Positions 47,545-59,700 of a DNA stretch of 64,000 nt are shown piece by piece. The stretch's first letter is position 1, and the number at the start of each line of letters is the position of its first letter. Source of the DNA: Squalus acanthias (Eukaryota). The translations under genes and the position numbers were made by a program. Location: positions 153,452,001 to 153,516,000 of the forward strand of contig CM059432.1 of NCBI GenBank assembly GCA_030390025.1, given 5' to 3'. The notes under the pieces were generated by a model. The model was given only the letters and a program-made list of their open reading frames with translations. It had not been told where the DNA came from and ran no database searches.

Positions 47545-49560
47545 ACAGATTCTAACCCTGACGGGCAGGAAAGGGTCGGGCGAGGGTAAAAATGGCAGAA
47601 ACGGCGACCCTGCTCCCAACCGCATTTCGGATACCACAATATTAACGGTGATGAGTATCAGGGCTGGTGAATCTCCATGAGGCTCATGAATATATGTAAA
47701 TCGGGGTCCTATGACGCAATTAAAACCCCAATGTTATTTTAACTGGTGCAGCGGAGGTTTCACGTGGGTCGGCAAGGTCACCGGGTCCTGGCGGGATTTG
47801 GTGGGAATTGATCAGAGTGCTGAAAGTAAAGGAAGCCCAATCTCCAGAAGCTGCTGCACTCTCAGTTCATTAAAGGCTGTGATTTTGTGACAACTGCTTG
47901 ATTGGGATTATGGTTTTGATACTCTCTGTTTGAAAATGAGAAGCTGATTATGGGAGCTGCTCTAGCTGCACTTTATTAGAGTGAAGAAGAGGAGGGGGGA
48001 AGAGGAGCACCAGCAGCAAGGACATGCTGAAGAAGGTGTTGCAGGTGGGCAGCAGAGAAGGCAACAACAGAGGGCCCAGGCACGCAGAAGACCTGACCCA
48101 CTTCAAAGGGTGTTCAGACAGACGCTCAGCTTCCGTGAACTGTCTGAGGAGCAGTGCTCCAGGAGGCTCCGATTGTCAAGGCGGGTGGTCACCAACCGCT
48201 ACAGCCCCCTGGAGGAAGACCACCTGCCTGCTGGACCTGGCGGCCATGCCATACCAGCAGCAGTGCAAGTGCTGACCGCCCTCAACTTATACACCTCTGC
48301 ATCCTTCCAGGTTGCCACGGGGAACATATCGAGGGTGTCGCAGTCAGCCACCCACAAATGCATCAGGCAAGTGATCGATGAGCTATTTGCTAGGATGAGT
48401 AGATATATCTTCTTCATAACTGATGACAACAATCAGACAGCATTGGGGTCTGTAGCTCTGGCTGGCTTTCAGGGTCCAATAGACTGCACACACATAGCCA
48501 GCAGGGCACCCACCAACCAGCCAGGAGCTTTTGTGAAGCACAGGGGTTTCCACTCCATCAATGTTCAGCTCATCTGCAACCACAAGAAGAGGTTCATGCA
48601 GGTATGTTGTCACCGTGAAAATATAGCTCTGACTTCCACACCTATGGCATAAAAACCAGAGACTGGAATTGTCTTCAAATCGTGGGGCACACGAGAATTG
48701 CATAAGTGAAAAAGGTTTTAATATGCGCCACAAATCAAATCATAAAAAGCCAATTCGTGAACCCTAAGTGATCTATTTAGCCCCGCTGCTTTTATTTCCA
48801 GCACTTCTATGACTGGCTTGAGCAGAGATGGTGATAGGCTATTGTTTATTTTCCTCAGTCTCCTGAGATGCTCACAGCCGACAACCTCCAGGTGCTCGAG
48901 CCCGTGAGGGCCCTGATACTGACTGCTCCTCCTGCACTTCTGCAGGGGCAGTCTGGGCCACCTGCAGTTCAGGCACCATGTCAGGTATTGGTTGAGGGGG
49001 TGGCAATGGATGAGACGTGTTGACGTCCTGAGAGAGGTCTACACATACCTCGCCCATTCCGCCAACCTCCCTGCCCTGGGGCAGCGGCACATCAGTCCTG
49101 CAGGTCTACAGGTGAGCAGACTGGAGGAGATCAGTTGTGCCTTGAAAGCCCTGATCCAATCTGTCCATCAACTTGTCTAATATGGAACAAACATTGGAGC
49201 CCAGAGTCTACATAGCGGACAACTGAGCCTGTAGGTAGGCAACAATGGTTGGTAGCAGTGACTCTTCTTGTGAGCGCACGGCTGCAATTTCCATGGAGGG
49301 GTCCACACGCTCCCTGGTACATTGCAGAATTGAGAAAAGAGGCAACAACACCCCACATATGGTGGAATTGGACATCTCCATCCTCCCTGCCATAGTGGAC
49401 AGACTGCTAAGAGCTCACACAATTGTTGCTGTGCCTCCACTATTCTTCTTTTCATTGCTAGCCCCTGAGCTTCTGCATCTCTGTCCTGCTGAGCAGAGCT
49501 CGGAGAGGACGGTGCCTTGGAGACCCATATGGCCTCCCTGTATTAGTATTTTCTGTCATG
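47545..49560 (+). mobile_element. Degenerate Harbinger element: transposase 5' half (+, ~47949-48610) and partner-gene last-exon remnant (-, ~48870-49530)
   Basis: ORF 47981..48652: LSEEQCSRRLRLSR, VLTALNLYTSASFQ, QGPIDCTHI, KHRGFHSINVQLICNH; minus-strand MKRRIVEAQQQLCELL..RMEMS parallels 3233..3712. Confidence 0.85.
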
Positions 49561-49699
49561 TTTAATTAAAAAGCAATGGGGGAGAAATTTATTATCGCCC
49601 CGTTTGGGGGCGGTAACTTTTGAAAGCTGGGAAACTTAGCGCCAGGCACCACTAGAAAAAAACTGTGTATCATTATTGATCTGCATATTATTACTGATC

Positions 49700-49808
49700 T
49701 GCACATAGGAACATAGGAATAGGAGTAGTCCATTCAGCCCCTCGAGCCTGTTCCGCCATACAATTAGAGCATGGCTGATCTGTATCTTAACACCATCTAT
49801 CCGCCTTA
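49700..49808 (-). mobile_element. CR1 3' tail
   Basis: ACATAGGAACATAGGAATAGGAGTAG..CATTCAGCCCCTCGAGCCTG..CATGGCTGATCTG. Confidence 0.8.
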
Positions 49809-50506
49809 GTGCAATCATTCCTATGTTACCATTTTTTCTGTATACTCCCTATTGTTTTATTGCAATTTCATTTATTGCAATTCGTGCTTTATATGCAAGT
49901 GTGGCACAGAGAGATACCACTTGAACGAGACTTCACCACTGAATCTGAGACTTTCACCTCTCAAACGTATTCAGATTGTTGGTCAACGTGCCTAAAAAAC
50001 GGTTGAACCTGGTTTCCAGTCATCTCTAATGTTTGTTAGCGTTGTACGGAAGTCGAATTGCTTTTCAAGACGGTTCAACAAAATAAGTGCCGTGACTTGT
50101 CGCTATGCGAGCAAGTGGATGTTTGGAACAGTGTGAAGGAATTGAAAACTCAAAAGCTAATCACACAGAAGCATGGCATTTCTGAATCTAAGGTTTCGAG
50201 AGTTTTTAAAAGAAAAATTGACATCTGGAAAGATTGGGAAATAAATGACAACCGGGATCGAAAAGGCAAGTGTGGAAGTAAGATGGCCGATGTTGATGAA
50301 CCATTGTTTAGATGGCATAATTACAAAAGATCTCTGAAAGTCCCGCTTGACTGCAGCCTGTTGAAAGCTAGTGACCTTGCTAAAAAGGTCGGCATGGAAA
50401 GCTTTGAAGCATCAAATGGTTCCTGTGCCACTGGAAAGTAGGACACAACCTTGTTTACAAAAAGCTGTGCGGTGAGAAAGCGGACGGTGAGAAACCTGCT
50501 GAGGAT

Positions 50507-52030
50507 CAGGGTTTCCAACCCTCCCGCTTTCGGCGGGAGTCACCTGAAATCAGTGGTTCGTTTCCAGAGCACTGCCACTGGCAACTCGGGAGAAAAGTTA
50601 GTTCGGAGATATCCTACCTTTCGTTGCACATTATTTTATTTAGATGGAGAGATTCAAAGGTTGCCAGGCTGACTTGTTAAAATTGTGTACCAGCCAGTCA
50701 GTTGGTCGCACCCCCACCGCTGTGCCGCCTTGCCGCACTTCCGGAGTTCCGGAAGTTTGCATTGGAGGAAGCTGCTGCCTGGGTGTGCCGAATGTGCGAG
50801 GCCAGGAGCAGTTACAGCACGTGGTGGAGCTGCTGTGAATCGGAGGAGGACACACTGTTAGAAATTCGAGTTTTTGTCTAAACACAAGCAATTGTTTGAA
50901 ATGAATCACTGCCTTACTCAACATTTAATTTTTTTTGCACAGGTACACCTTACTTTATAAAACCATGTAGCAGTTCCTTTTTAGATTATCAACTTCCAGG
51001 GTTTCAAATTGAATTTACAATTTCTGAATGTAACGGTACAGGTACAAAGATAAACGGCGCTGCATGATTTTTTTTTGCCCACGAAAAGCGTGCATTTAAT
51101 TGGATTACATTTGTTTTGGGAACAGGGGGTCTCGGGATGGGCGGGGGAGCTCAAGAGTCAAGGAGAGAGACTGGGGGGTTGGGGAATGGCGGGGTCAGGG
51201 ATAGAGGGAGACTGTGAGATGAGGGCTCGGGAAAGAGCGGAAGACTGGGGATTGGGAGTTCAGGGGAAGAGAATGGGACTGGGGGCGCAGGAGAAGAAAG
51301 GGAGATTGGGGACTAGGGGGATTCGGGCTTGATTGGGGGGGCACATAGGAAGACTCGGGAATGGGGTAGACATGGGGATCAATATTTTCTGCAGAGCCGA
51401 GAGCAGCAGCAACTTGGTGAGTGGAAGCAGCACCATGAGAGGAGCAGCCAGTAAAGGGGTGAGTGAAACCTGGGCCTGACTAGACCTTGTGCAGTGGAGG
51501 GGGATTCTGGCTGCAGTTTCAGGGTATCTGTGGGCTATATGATTACTACTAGTTACAGGTAGGATATTGCGGTGTTACTACTGGTTACATATAGACTATC
51601 AGTGAGTTATTGTATGACTGTTGGTTATGTGGTAAATAAGTTTTACCAGTATTACTATAAGTTATTGGCACACTTTCAGTCAGTTACTATTAGTTATTGG
51701 TGAGATCCAAGCTCCTTCCACCTCTGGTTGGCCCCCGCGGATCACCCCCCTGCCCTCGCTTTCCCCACCCTCGGTTTCCCTTCTTCGCCTGCTCGTTGGT
51801 GGCCTCCTGGTTCTCGGAACTCCTCGCACAACAGGTACTGGCGCGAAACCTACAAGCAAAGATATTCAACCACAGGGGACCCAACCTCCATAATGTGAAT
51901 GCAGTAACATTTGCAGATGTCATGTGATCAGATGGCACATGATCAGACATCATATGATCAGATGACATATGGTTAGGTTGTCATGTTATCAAACCTCCAG
52001 GCATGGTTCCAACCGGAGTTGGCAACCCTA
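50507..52030. mobile_element. hAT-like non-autonomous element (1.5 kb) inserted in the pogo fossil
   Basis: CAGGGTTTCCAAC / GTTGGCAACCCTA TIR; 8-bp flanks CTGAGGAT and CTGCAGAT (6/8 match); G-rich tract 51115-51380; ~15-bp repeats containing TGATCAGA at 51915-51972. Confidence 0.72.
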
Positions 52031-53075
52031 CTGCAGATGCATCGATAACTTGCCGTGCTGTGACTCTTACTCCTGCACACGCAAGAGTCCAATTGTCAAA
52101 TTGAAAATTATAACATGATTAGGCAGAGTCAACATGGTTTTATGAAAGGGAAATCGTGTTTGACAAATTTATTAGAGTTTTTTGTGGATGTAACTAGCAG
52201 GGTAGATAAAGGGGAACCAGTGGATGTAGAATATTTGGATTTCCAAAAGACATTCGATAAGGTGCCACATAAAAGGTTATTACACAAGATTAGGGCTCAT
52301 GGGGTTGGGGGTAATATAGTAGCATGGATAGAGAATTGGTTAACAGACAGAAAACAGAGAGTGGGGATAAACGGGTCATTTTCAGGTTGGCAGGCTGTAA
52401 CTAGTGGGGTGCCGCAAGGATCAGTGTTGGGGCCTCAGCTATTTACAATCTATATTAATGACCTAGATGAAGGGACCGAGTGTAATGTATCCAAGTTTGC
52501 TGATGATTCAAAGCTAGGTGGGACAGTAAGCTGTGAGGAGAACACAAAGGGGGCGATTTTCCCAGCCCCGAAGAGGCAGGTTTGGAGGCGGGACAGTTGG
52601 CAAAATCGCAAAAAGTGAGCGCGGGTTCGGAACCCGTCTCCAACCCGCCTCCGCGCAATTTTGCCGGAGGCGGGTTTGATGGGTGCGACTCGGTCCCGCC
52701 TCCATCAGTCGGGAGAGGTAGTTAAGACCCTTAAATAGTCGTTAAGGGCCTCTATAATCCTATTTTGACAGGCCTTTGTTATTTTGTCACATTTTGTGCG
52801 TGTTGCACGACCCTCCTAAACCACATCAGCTAATCCTGGCGGATTGACAAGTGGATGGCCTCCTCACAGCTGCAGCTCCACCATTAAAACGGAGCTTTCA
52901 TCAGGGAGCAGTTGCAGGTGGCAGAACTTTTGTTGCACAGGTCGTTCAGCACTTTTAGCAGGCCTACAGAAGTCGGAGGTGCTGCAACTTCTATCTCTCA
53001 ACTGTGGGACCTCCTTGGAAGACCCTCTCCCCACTTGGACTGAGCGCTTCGCCAACAGAGGTATCTGCCAGCAGC

Positions 53076-54314
53076 ATGGGAACCATTTATTTCCTTTTAT
53101 CATGGACCTCAGATTCGGATGAGGAGCAGCCACGGCAGCAGCAGAACCAGGTAGCTCAGCAGCAACAGCAGCAGGAGCGCCAACCTCCTGCTCACCCACC
53201 TGATGCTGCACAGGGCAGAAGGCGCCAGCGCATGGAAGCACGTCGCCGCAGGAGATACCCCCCTCTCAGGGTCTACAGAGGATGAGCTACCTCAACATGA
53301 CTGAGCAGCAGTGCCAAAGGAGGCTGAGAGTTTCGCGAGAGGTTGTCAGAGACATCTGCGCACTGCTGCACCAACACCTGGAGCCCAGAGGAGCGGGTGG
53401 ACACCCCTTACCAGTGGCTATCAAAGTCACCACCGCACTCAACTTTTTTGCCTCAGGCTCCTTCCAGGGCTCATCAGCAGACATCAGCGGCATCTCCCAG
53501 TCAGCCGCCCACAATTGCATCACGCAGGTTACCGATGCCCTCTTCGCAAAGGCGCACAATTACATCCACTTCTCAAGGGATCAAGCAAGTATAACCGCGC
53601 GTTCAGTTGGCTTTGCAAATATGGCAGGCTTGCCAATAGTGCAGGGCGTCATAGACTGCACACATGTGGCCCTTAAGGCACCCCATCACAACCCAGCTAT
53701 CTTTGTCAACTGCAAGGGCTTCCACTCCCTCAATGTACAGCTGGTGTGTAACCACAAGAAGGAGATGTTGCATGTTTGCGCCAAGTTCTGTGGTAGTTGC
53801 CATGACTCATTCATCCTGCGGAACTCTAGTGTTCCTCTGCTCTTCAATCTGCCAAACCAATTAACGGATGGCTCCTTGGTAACAAGGGCTACCCTCTGAA
53901 GAAGTGGCTAATGACGCCGATCAGGAGGCCAGCTAACAAGGCTGAGGAGCGCTACAATGCCAGCCACATTTCGACCAGGTCCATCATCGAGCAGACCATT
54001 GGCTTGCTGAAGATGCGATTCCGATGCCTTGACAGATCAGGTGGAGCCCTGCAGTATTCAGCAGCCAGGGTCTCCAGAATGGTCGTGGTCTGCTGTGCAC
54101 TGCACAACATGGCACAGCGTCGTGGCTTGATGAGCAAGTGGCTCAGTTCATAGCCTCCTCAGATGAGGATGAGGAGGACGATGAGGATGAGGATGAGGAG
54201 GAGGAGGAGGAGGAGGGTCATGCGGTGGCGCATCTACCAGCAGCAGCAGCAGCACGCGAGCATGTGGCTGCCCGTGATGCAAGGGATGCACTCATCCTGG
54301 CCAGATTTGCATAG
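53076..54314 (+). pseudogene. Harbinger (HARBI1-like) transposase, full length but frameshifted
   Basis: [16 protein letters not shown] / [56 protein letters not shown] / [10 protein letters not shown] (D replaced by N) [25 protein letters not shown], then an acidic tail. Confidence 0.93.
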
Positions 54315-54559
54315 GTTGCCCATTGTGGCACATGTGCTTGGCTCCTTCTTAACACATGATAGACAATGGACATGACTCTCTGGCCTCCTTTCACTCTGGC
54401 CACCAACCTGACCACGCAAGTGTCGCGGAGCCCGCAATGTGGAGCTGCCTAAGCCGAAATAACAGATGCCATCATGCCAACAGTTTGCCATCACCTCATT
54501 TTAATACATTCACACAGGGATGGCATTTCATCAATAAACAGAAACAATCACCCAATCTG

Positions 54560-54738
54560 CACACAGATCTGGAGGTTATATCCCTTGCCAGCTGGACCCA
54601 CACAGCCTTGGTTTCTTTGAGAGGTCTCTTCCTCCCAGATGAGGGGAAGAGCACTTCCCTGCTAGCTCTCGCCCCCTCAACCAGGATACCCAGCGCCTCA
54701 TCCGAGAACCTCGGGGAGGCCCTCTTGGAGCTGGCCAT
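54560..54738 (-). pseudogene. Myb/SANT-like partner gene, N-terminal fragment only
   Basis: MASSKRASPRFSDEALGILVEGARASREVLFPSSGRKRP..KAVWVQLARDI matches the Myb/SANT-like pattern RxPRFSxxE..L..W..IA; remainder deleted. Confidence 0.8.
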
Positions 54739-56799
54739 TCTTCAGTGTGATAAAAGTTTAGAGGTGGTGCAGCATCGACCAAAAACCAGTGGAATGAGCC
54801 AAGGCAGCAAGCAGCCCTTAAATGAGGCTGGATAAGTGACGTCAGCAGAGGCGAGTTTCAGTCCCAAAAGACTAATTGGCCCAGGGGAACCCGCACCTCT
54901 GAAATTAACTGGCCAATTAGAGGAAAATCGCAATTTTTTCCCACCTGACAGTGGAGGCGGGTTTGGAACCCACCCAAACCGAAACCCGCCTCCAACCCAC
55001 CTCGAATGGGAAAATCGCCCCCAAAGAGTTTGCAAAGGATTATAGATAGACTAAATGAGTGGGCAGTAAGGTGGCAAATGGAGTATAATGTTGGGAAATG
55101 TGAGGTTATTCACTTTGGTAGGAAGAATAGAAAAACAGAATATTTTTTAAATGGTGAGAAACTTTCAAATGTTGGTGTTCAGAGAGATTTGGGTGTCCTC
55201 GTGCAAGAAACACAGAAAGCTAGCATGCAGGTACAGCAAGCAATAAGGAAGGCAAATGGCATGTTGGCCTTCATTGCAAGGGGGTTGGAGTATAAGAGTA
55301 AGGAAGTCTTGCTACAATTGTACAGGGCCTTGGTGAGACCACACCTGGAGTACTGTGCACAGTTTTGGTCTCCTTATCTAAGGAAGGATATACTTGCCTT
55401 GGAGGCGGTGCAACAAAGGTTCACTAGATTGATTCCTGGGATGAGAGGGCTGTCCTATGATGAGAGATTGTGTAGAATGGGCCTATACTCTCTGGAGTTT
55501 AGAAGAATGAGAGGTGATCTCATTGAAACATACAAGATTCTGAAGGGGATTGGCAGGGTAGATGCTGAGAGGTTGTTTCCCTTGGCTGGAGAGTCTAGAA
55601 CTAGGGGGCATAGTCTCAGGATAAGGGGTAGGCCATTTAAGACTGAGATGAGGAGGAATTTCTTCACTCAGAGGGTTGTGAATCTTTGGAATTCTCTGCT
55701 CCAGAGGGCTGTGAATGCTGAGTCTTTGAGTATATTCAAGGCTGAGATAGATAGATTTTTGGACTCTAGGGGAATCAAGGGATATGGAGATCGGGCGGAA
55801 AAGTGGAGTTGAGGTCGATGATCAGCCATGATCTTATTGAATGGCGGGGCAGGCTCGAGGGGCTGTATGGCCGACTCCTGCTCTTATTTCTTATGTTCTT
55901 ATGTCCTTATGTTCTTAACCATCTAACACCACTTCCGTTATTCAGCCCCTGGACCAAGGTGTTACTCATGGTATGAATCAATACTACAAGAAGCTATTCC
56001 ACTGAGGAAACTGGCACTTCACAGGTTATGAAAAACTATAGTGTGTTGGATGCTCTGTACTTATCCAGCAGAGCTTGGAATGTAGTGACTCCCAGCTGCA
56101 GTCACTGTGAGGAAAACAATGACCCTGCTGAAGTTAAGAAGATTGTTGATGAGATTCCCGGCGGTTTGAGTGAGGCAGAGTTCGATCTATTTGTTTTGAT
56201 AGATGATGACCTTGACATCTGTGGAGAGGTGACTGATGCGGAAATCGTTTCTTCTCTGAAAGACTTGGCAGCAGAGGCTGCAGAGGATGTAAATGAAGAT
56301 GTGCTGGAGCTGGAAATTTCCAAAGTTATTGAGGTGATTTCTCCCCTGTGGTTATTCGTCGAGTAAAAAGATAGTAAAACATTTGGTGAATTTTATGCTC
56401 TGGAAGGGAAAATGCGGAGGTTGATGACTTCTGAATGCTACCAAAAAAAAATTACAGTATTCTTTGAAGCATGAAACAAAAGCGCTTGCTATATGAGCAT
56501 TTCTCTTTGACACCCAAGGCCTGCATAATTTTCAGACGGGCCTGTCAATGGGCGAGCACCTGTTTTGAGCAGGAGTCTGTTTAATTATGCAAATTGGGGC
56601 CCTATGCTGGATATAAGACCTTGTTTGCAATTTTCTGGTACAAATGTGCATGAATGGCACGCAGACTGCCCATTTGTAGCAGGCAGCTAACAGCCTGGCC
56701 AGCAGATCCTTAAAGGAATCACTCTGGCTGCTCAAGAAAAAGTCCAGAATTTTTGGGAGGAGAATTTTTTGGGACCAAGCGGAAGAACAGTGGCTCCAC

Positions 56800-59700
56800 A
56801 AAAATGAAGGGGGGGTGGGAGGATTCAGGAAAGAGTAAATTTAAAAGCAGCGAGAGAAATGTGAAGGCTCTAGAGCAGAGTAGAGTTTTGGGTAAAAATA
56901 AGCTGAGTGGGTCAGAAAAGGGCAGAGAGAGTAACAAAGGTAATAAGGCATCAGTGACTAAGGTGGAATCAGGGAAAAATAGAAATAAGTCAAAGCTAAA
57001 GGCACTATATCTGAATGTGCGAAGCATTCGCAACAAAATAGATGAATTAATAGCGCAAATAGAAATGAACAGGTTTGATCTAATAGCCATTACAGCGATG
57101 TGGTTGCAATGTGGCCAAGGTTGGGAACTAAATATTCCAGGATACTTAACTTTTAGAAGAGATAGGCAAAATGGAAAAGGAGCAGTGGTAGCCCTGATAA
57201 TAAAGGATGGGATAATGAAAGTAGAGAGAAAGGATCTTAGCTCCGAAAATCAAGAAGTAGAATCAATTTGGGTGGAGCTAAGAAACAGCAAGGGGCAGAA
57301 AACATTGGTGGGAGTTGTTTATAGGCTCCCCAACAGTAATTGTAATTTAGGGCTGAGTATAAATCAGGAAATTAGAGGTGCATGTAATAAGGGCAATATA
57401 GTGATCATGAGGGATTTTAATCTACATATAGACTGGGCAAACCAAATTTGCAGTAATAGTGTGGAGGACAAATTCATGGAATGTATGCAAGATAATTTTC
57501 CAGATCAGTATGTTGAGGAACCAACTAGGGAACAGGCTATTTTAGATCTAGTATTGTGCAACGACAAAGGGTTAATTAATAACCTTGTAGTAAAGGGGCC
57601 TTTAGGGAAGAGTGACCATAATATGATAGAATTTTATATTCAGTTTGAAAGTGATTTAGTTAAATCTGAAACTAGGGTCTTAAATCTAAACAAAGCAAAC
57701 TACGTAGGTATGAGGGGCAAGTTGGCTACGGTAGATTGGGAAACTACATTAAAAGGTATGACGGTGGACAAGCAATGGCTAGCATTTAAAGATTACATAA
57801 TTTACAACAAATATACATTTCTTTAAGGCACAAAAACCCCACAGGAAAAGTGGTCCAACCGTGGCTAACAAGTTAAAGATAGTTTTAGATCAAAGGAAAA
57901 GGCTTATAATTTTGCCAAAAAGAGTAGTAAGCTTGAGGATTGGGAGGATATTAGAATTCAGCAAAGGAGGACCAAGAAATTGATAAAGAAGGGAAAATAG
58001 AATATGAGAGTAAACTAGCAAGAGACATAAAAACAGACTGTAAAAGCTTATATAGGTATGTAAAAAGGAAAAGATTAACTAAAGTAAATGTGGGTTCCTT
58101 ACAGGCTGAGACAGGAGACGCCATAATGGGGAATAAGGAAATGGCAGAGAAATTAAACAAATACTTTGGGCTGGATTTTCATTGACCCGTGGAGGTGGGT
58201 TTGGAGGCGTGTGGGGGGTTAAAATTGCGAAAACTGGCGGGCGGGCACAAGCCCGCCTCCATGCAATTTTCATTAAATCATGTCTGCTGGTCCCGACTCC
58301 GTCCCGCCTCTAAGAGTCGGGGTAGGCTGTTAAGGCTCTTAACAAGCACTAAATTGCCTCTATAATGCCATTTTGAAAGGCCTTTGTGATTTTAACCCTT
58401 TTTCTATGTGAAGCACGACTGTTCTGAACCACGAATGTGAAACCTGGCGGGAGCACATTTGGCTGGCTGGCTGGCAGTGGTGGTGGATGGATGACATATC
58501 TGGGAGTGGTGGTGGATGGATGACATATCTGGGAGTGGTGGTGCAAAAATATCTGGGAGCAGACTTAGGGCTGCTGCTGCTCATTTTGCATCCAGGTCCT
58601 CTCACAGCAAAGGCCAGGCAGTCTTTGCAGACCTTCAATGCAGCAGCAATAATGACATCATCAGAGGCGACTTTCAGACTGAAAACACTAATTGGTTCAT
58701 GGGTTCCCACATGCTGGAACTCAATTGCCCAATTAGTTGAAAATCGCATCAATCTCCCACATCCAATTGCAGTCGGGTGGAGAACACGAAAAGTGGATGA
58801 AACAACCCCAACCCGCCCCAGTATCAAAATCCAGCCCTTTGTGTCTGTCTTCACAGAAGAATACGCAAAAAACTTCCCGGAAATAGTGGAGAACCAAGGG
58901 TCTAGCGAGAATGAGGAACTGAAAGAAATTAGTATTAGTAAAAAAATAGTACTGGAGAAATTAATGGGACTGAAAGCCGATAAATCTCCAGGACCTGATG
59001 GCCTACATCCTAGGATTTTGAAAGAGGTAGATATAGAGATAGTGGAGGCATTGGTTGTAATTTTCCCAAATTCCATAGATTCTGGAACGGTTCCCATGGA
59101 TTGGAAGGTAGCAAATATAACCCCACTATTTAAGAAAGGAGGGAGAGAGAAAACGGGGAACTACAGACCAGTTATCCTGACATCAGTAGCAGGGAAAACG
59201 CTAGAATCTATTATTAAGGACGTGGTAACAGGGCACTTAGAATAATTATTATAGGATTGGGCAGAGTCAACATGGGTTTATGAAAGGGAATCGTGTTTGA
59301 CAAATCTGTTAGAGTTTTTTGAGGTTGTAACTGGCAGGGTAGATAAGGGGGAACCAGTGGATGTGGTGTATTTGGATTTTCAGAAGGCATTCGATAAGGT
59401 GCCACACAAGAGGTTATTAAACAAAATTAGAGCTCATGGGATTGGGGGTAATATACTAGCATGGATTGGGGATTGGTTAACAGACAGAAAACAGAGAGTA
59501 GGAATAAACGGGTCATTTTCCAGTTGGTAGGCTGTAACAAGGATCAGTGCTTGGGCCTCAGCTATTCACAATCTACATCAATGATTTGGATGAGGGGACC
59601 AAATGTAATATATCCAAGTTTGTTGATGATACAAAGGTGGGTGGAAATGTAAGTTGTGAGGAGGATGCAAAGAGGCTTCAAGGGGATATAGACAAGCTCA

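Larger units (their letters stand above)
52549..55022 (+). mobile_element. Harbinger transposon, both ends intact (2474 bp), coding-defective
   Basis: Perfect 16-bp TIR GGGGGCGATTTTCCCA / TGGGAAAATCGCCCCC; TSD AAA; transposase on +, Myb N-terminus on -. Confidence 0.95.
52100..55916 (+). mobile_element. CR1 LINE RT + 3' UTR interrupted by a Harbinger element
   Basis: ORF 52115.. [31 protein letters not shown] continues after 55022 as KSLQRIIDRL..; tail (TTCTTATG)n. Confidence 0.95.
50058..56414 (+). pseudogene. pogo/Tigger (CENP-B-like) transposase fossil split by nested insertions
   Basis: 50058-50506: HTH-psq/CENP-B-like LSLCEQVDV..HGISESKVSRVFK..DVDEPLFRW..FEASNG, then HNLVYKKLCGE. Resumes ~55918 with PSNTTSVIQPLDQGV (pogo DDD-domain motif) and SVLDALYLSSRAWNVV. 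Confidence 0.8.

Noticed and set aside
49578..49650. Another Harbinger MITE (also a stub at ~13786)
   Set aside because: Only a single TIR-like end with no partner or TSD, so it was not listed as a complete element or counted in the target-site tally.
53076..54314. Domesticated HARBI1 host gene
   Set aside because: It is flanked by TIRs and a TSD inside a CR1, is frameshifted and has several paralogous copies nearby, so it is a transposon copy.
58487..59245. 252-aa ORF fusing MITE sequence to CR1 ORF2
   Set aside because: Chance read-through from the inserted MITE into a disrupted CR1 frame; it starts inside a 29-bp tandem repeat.
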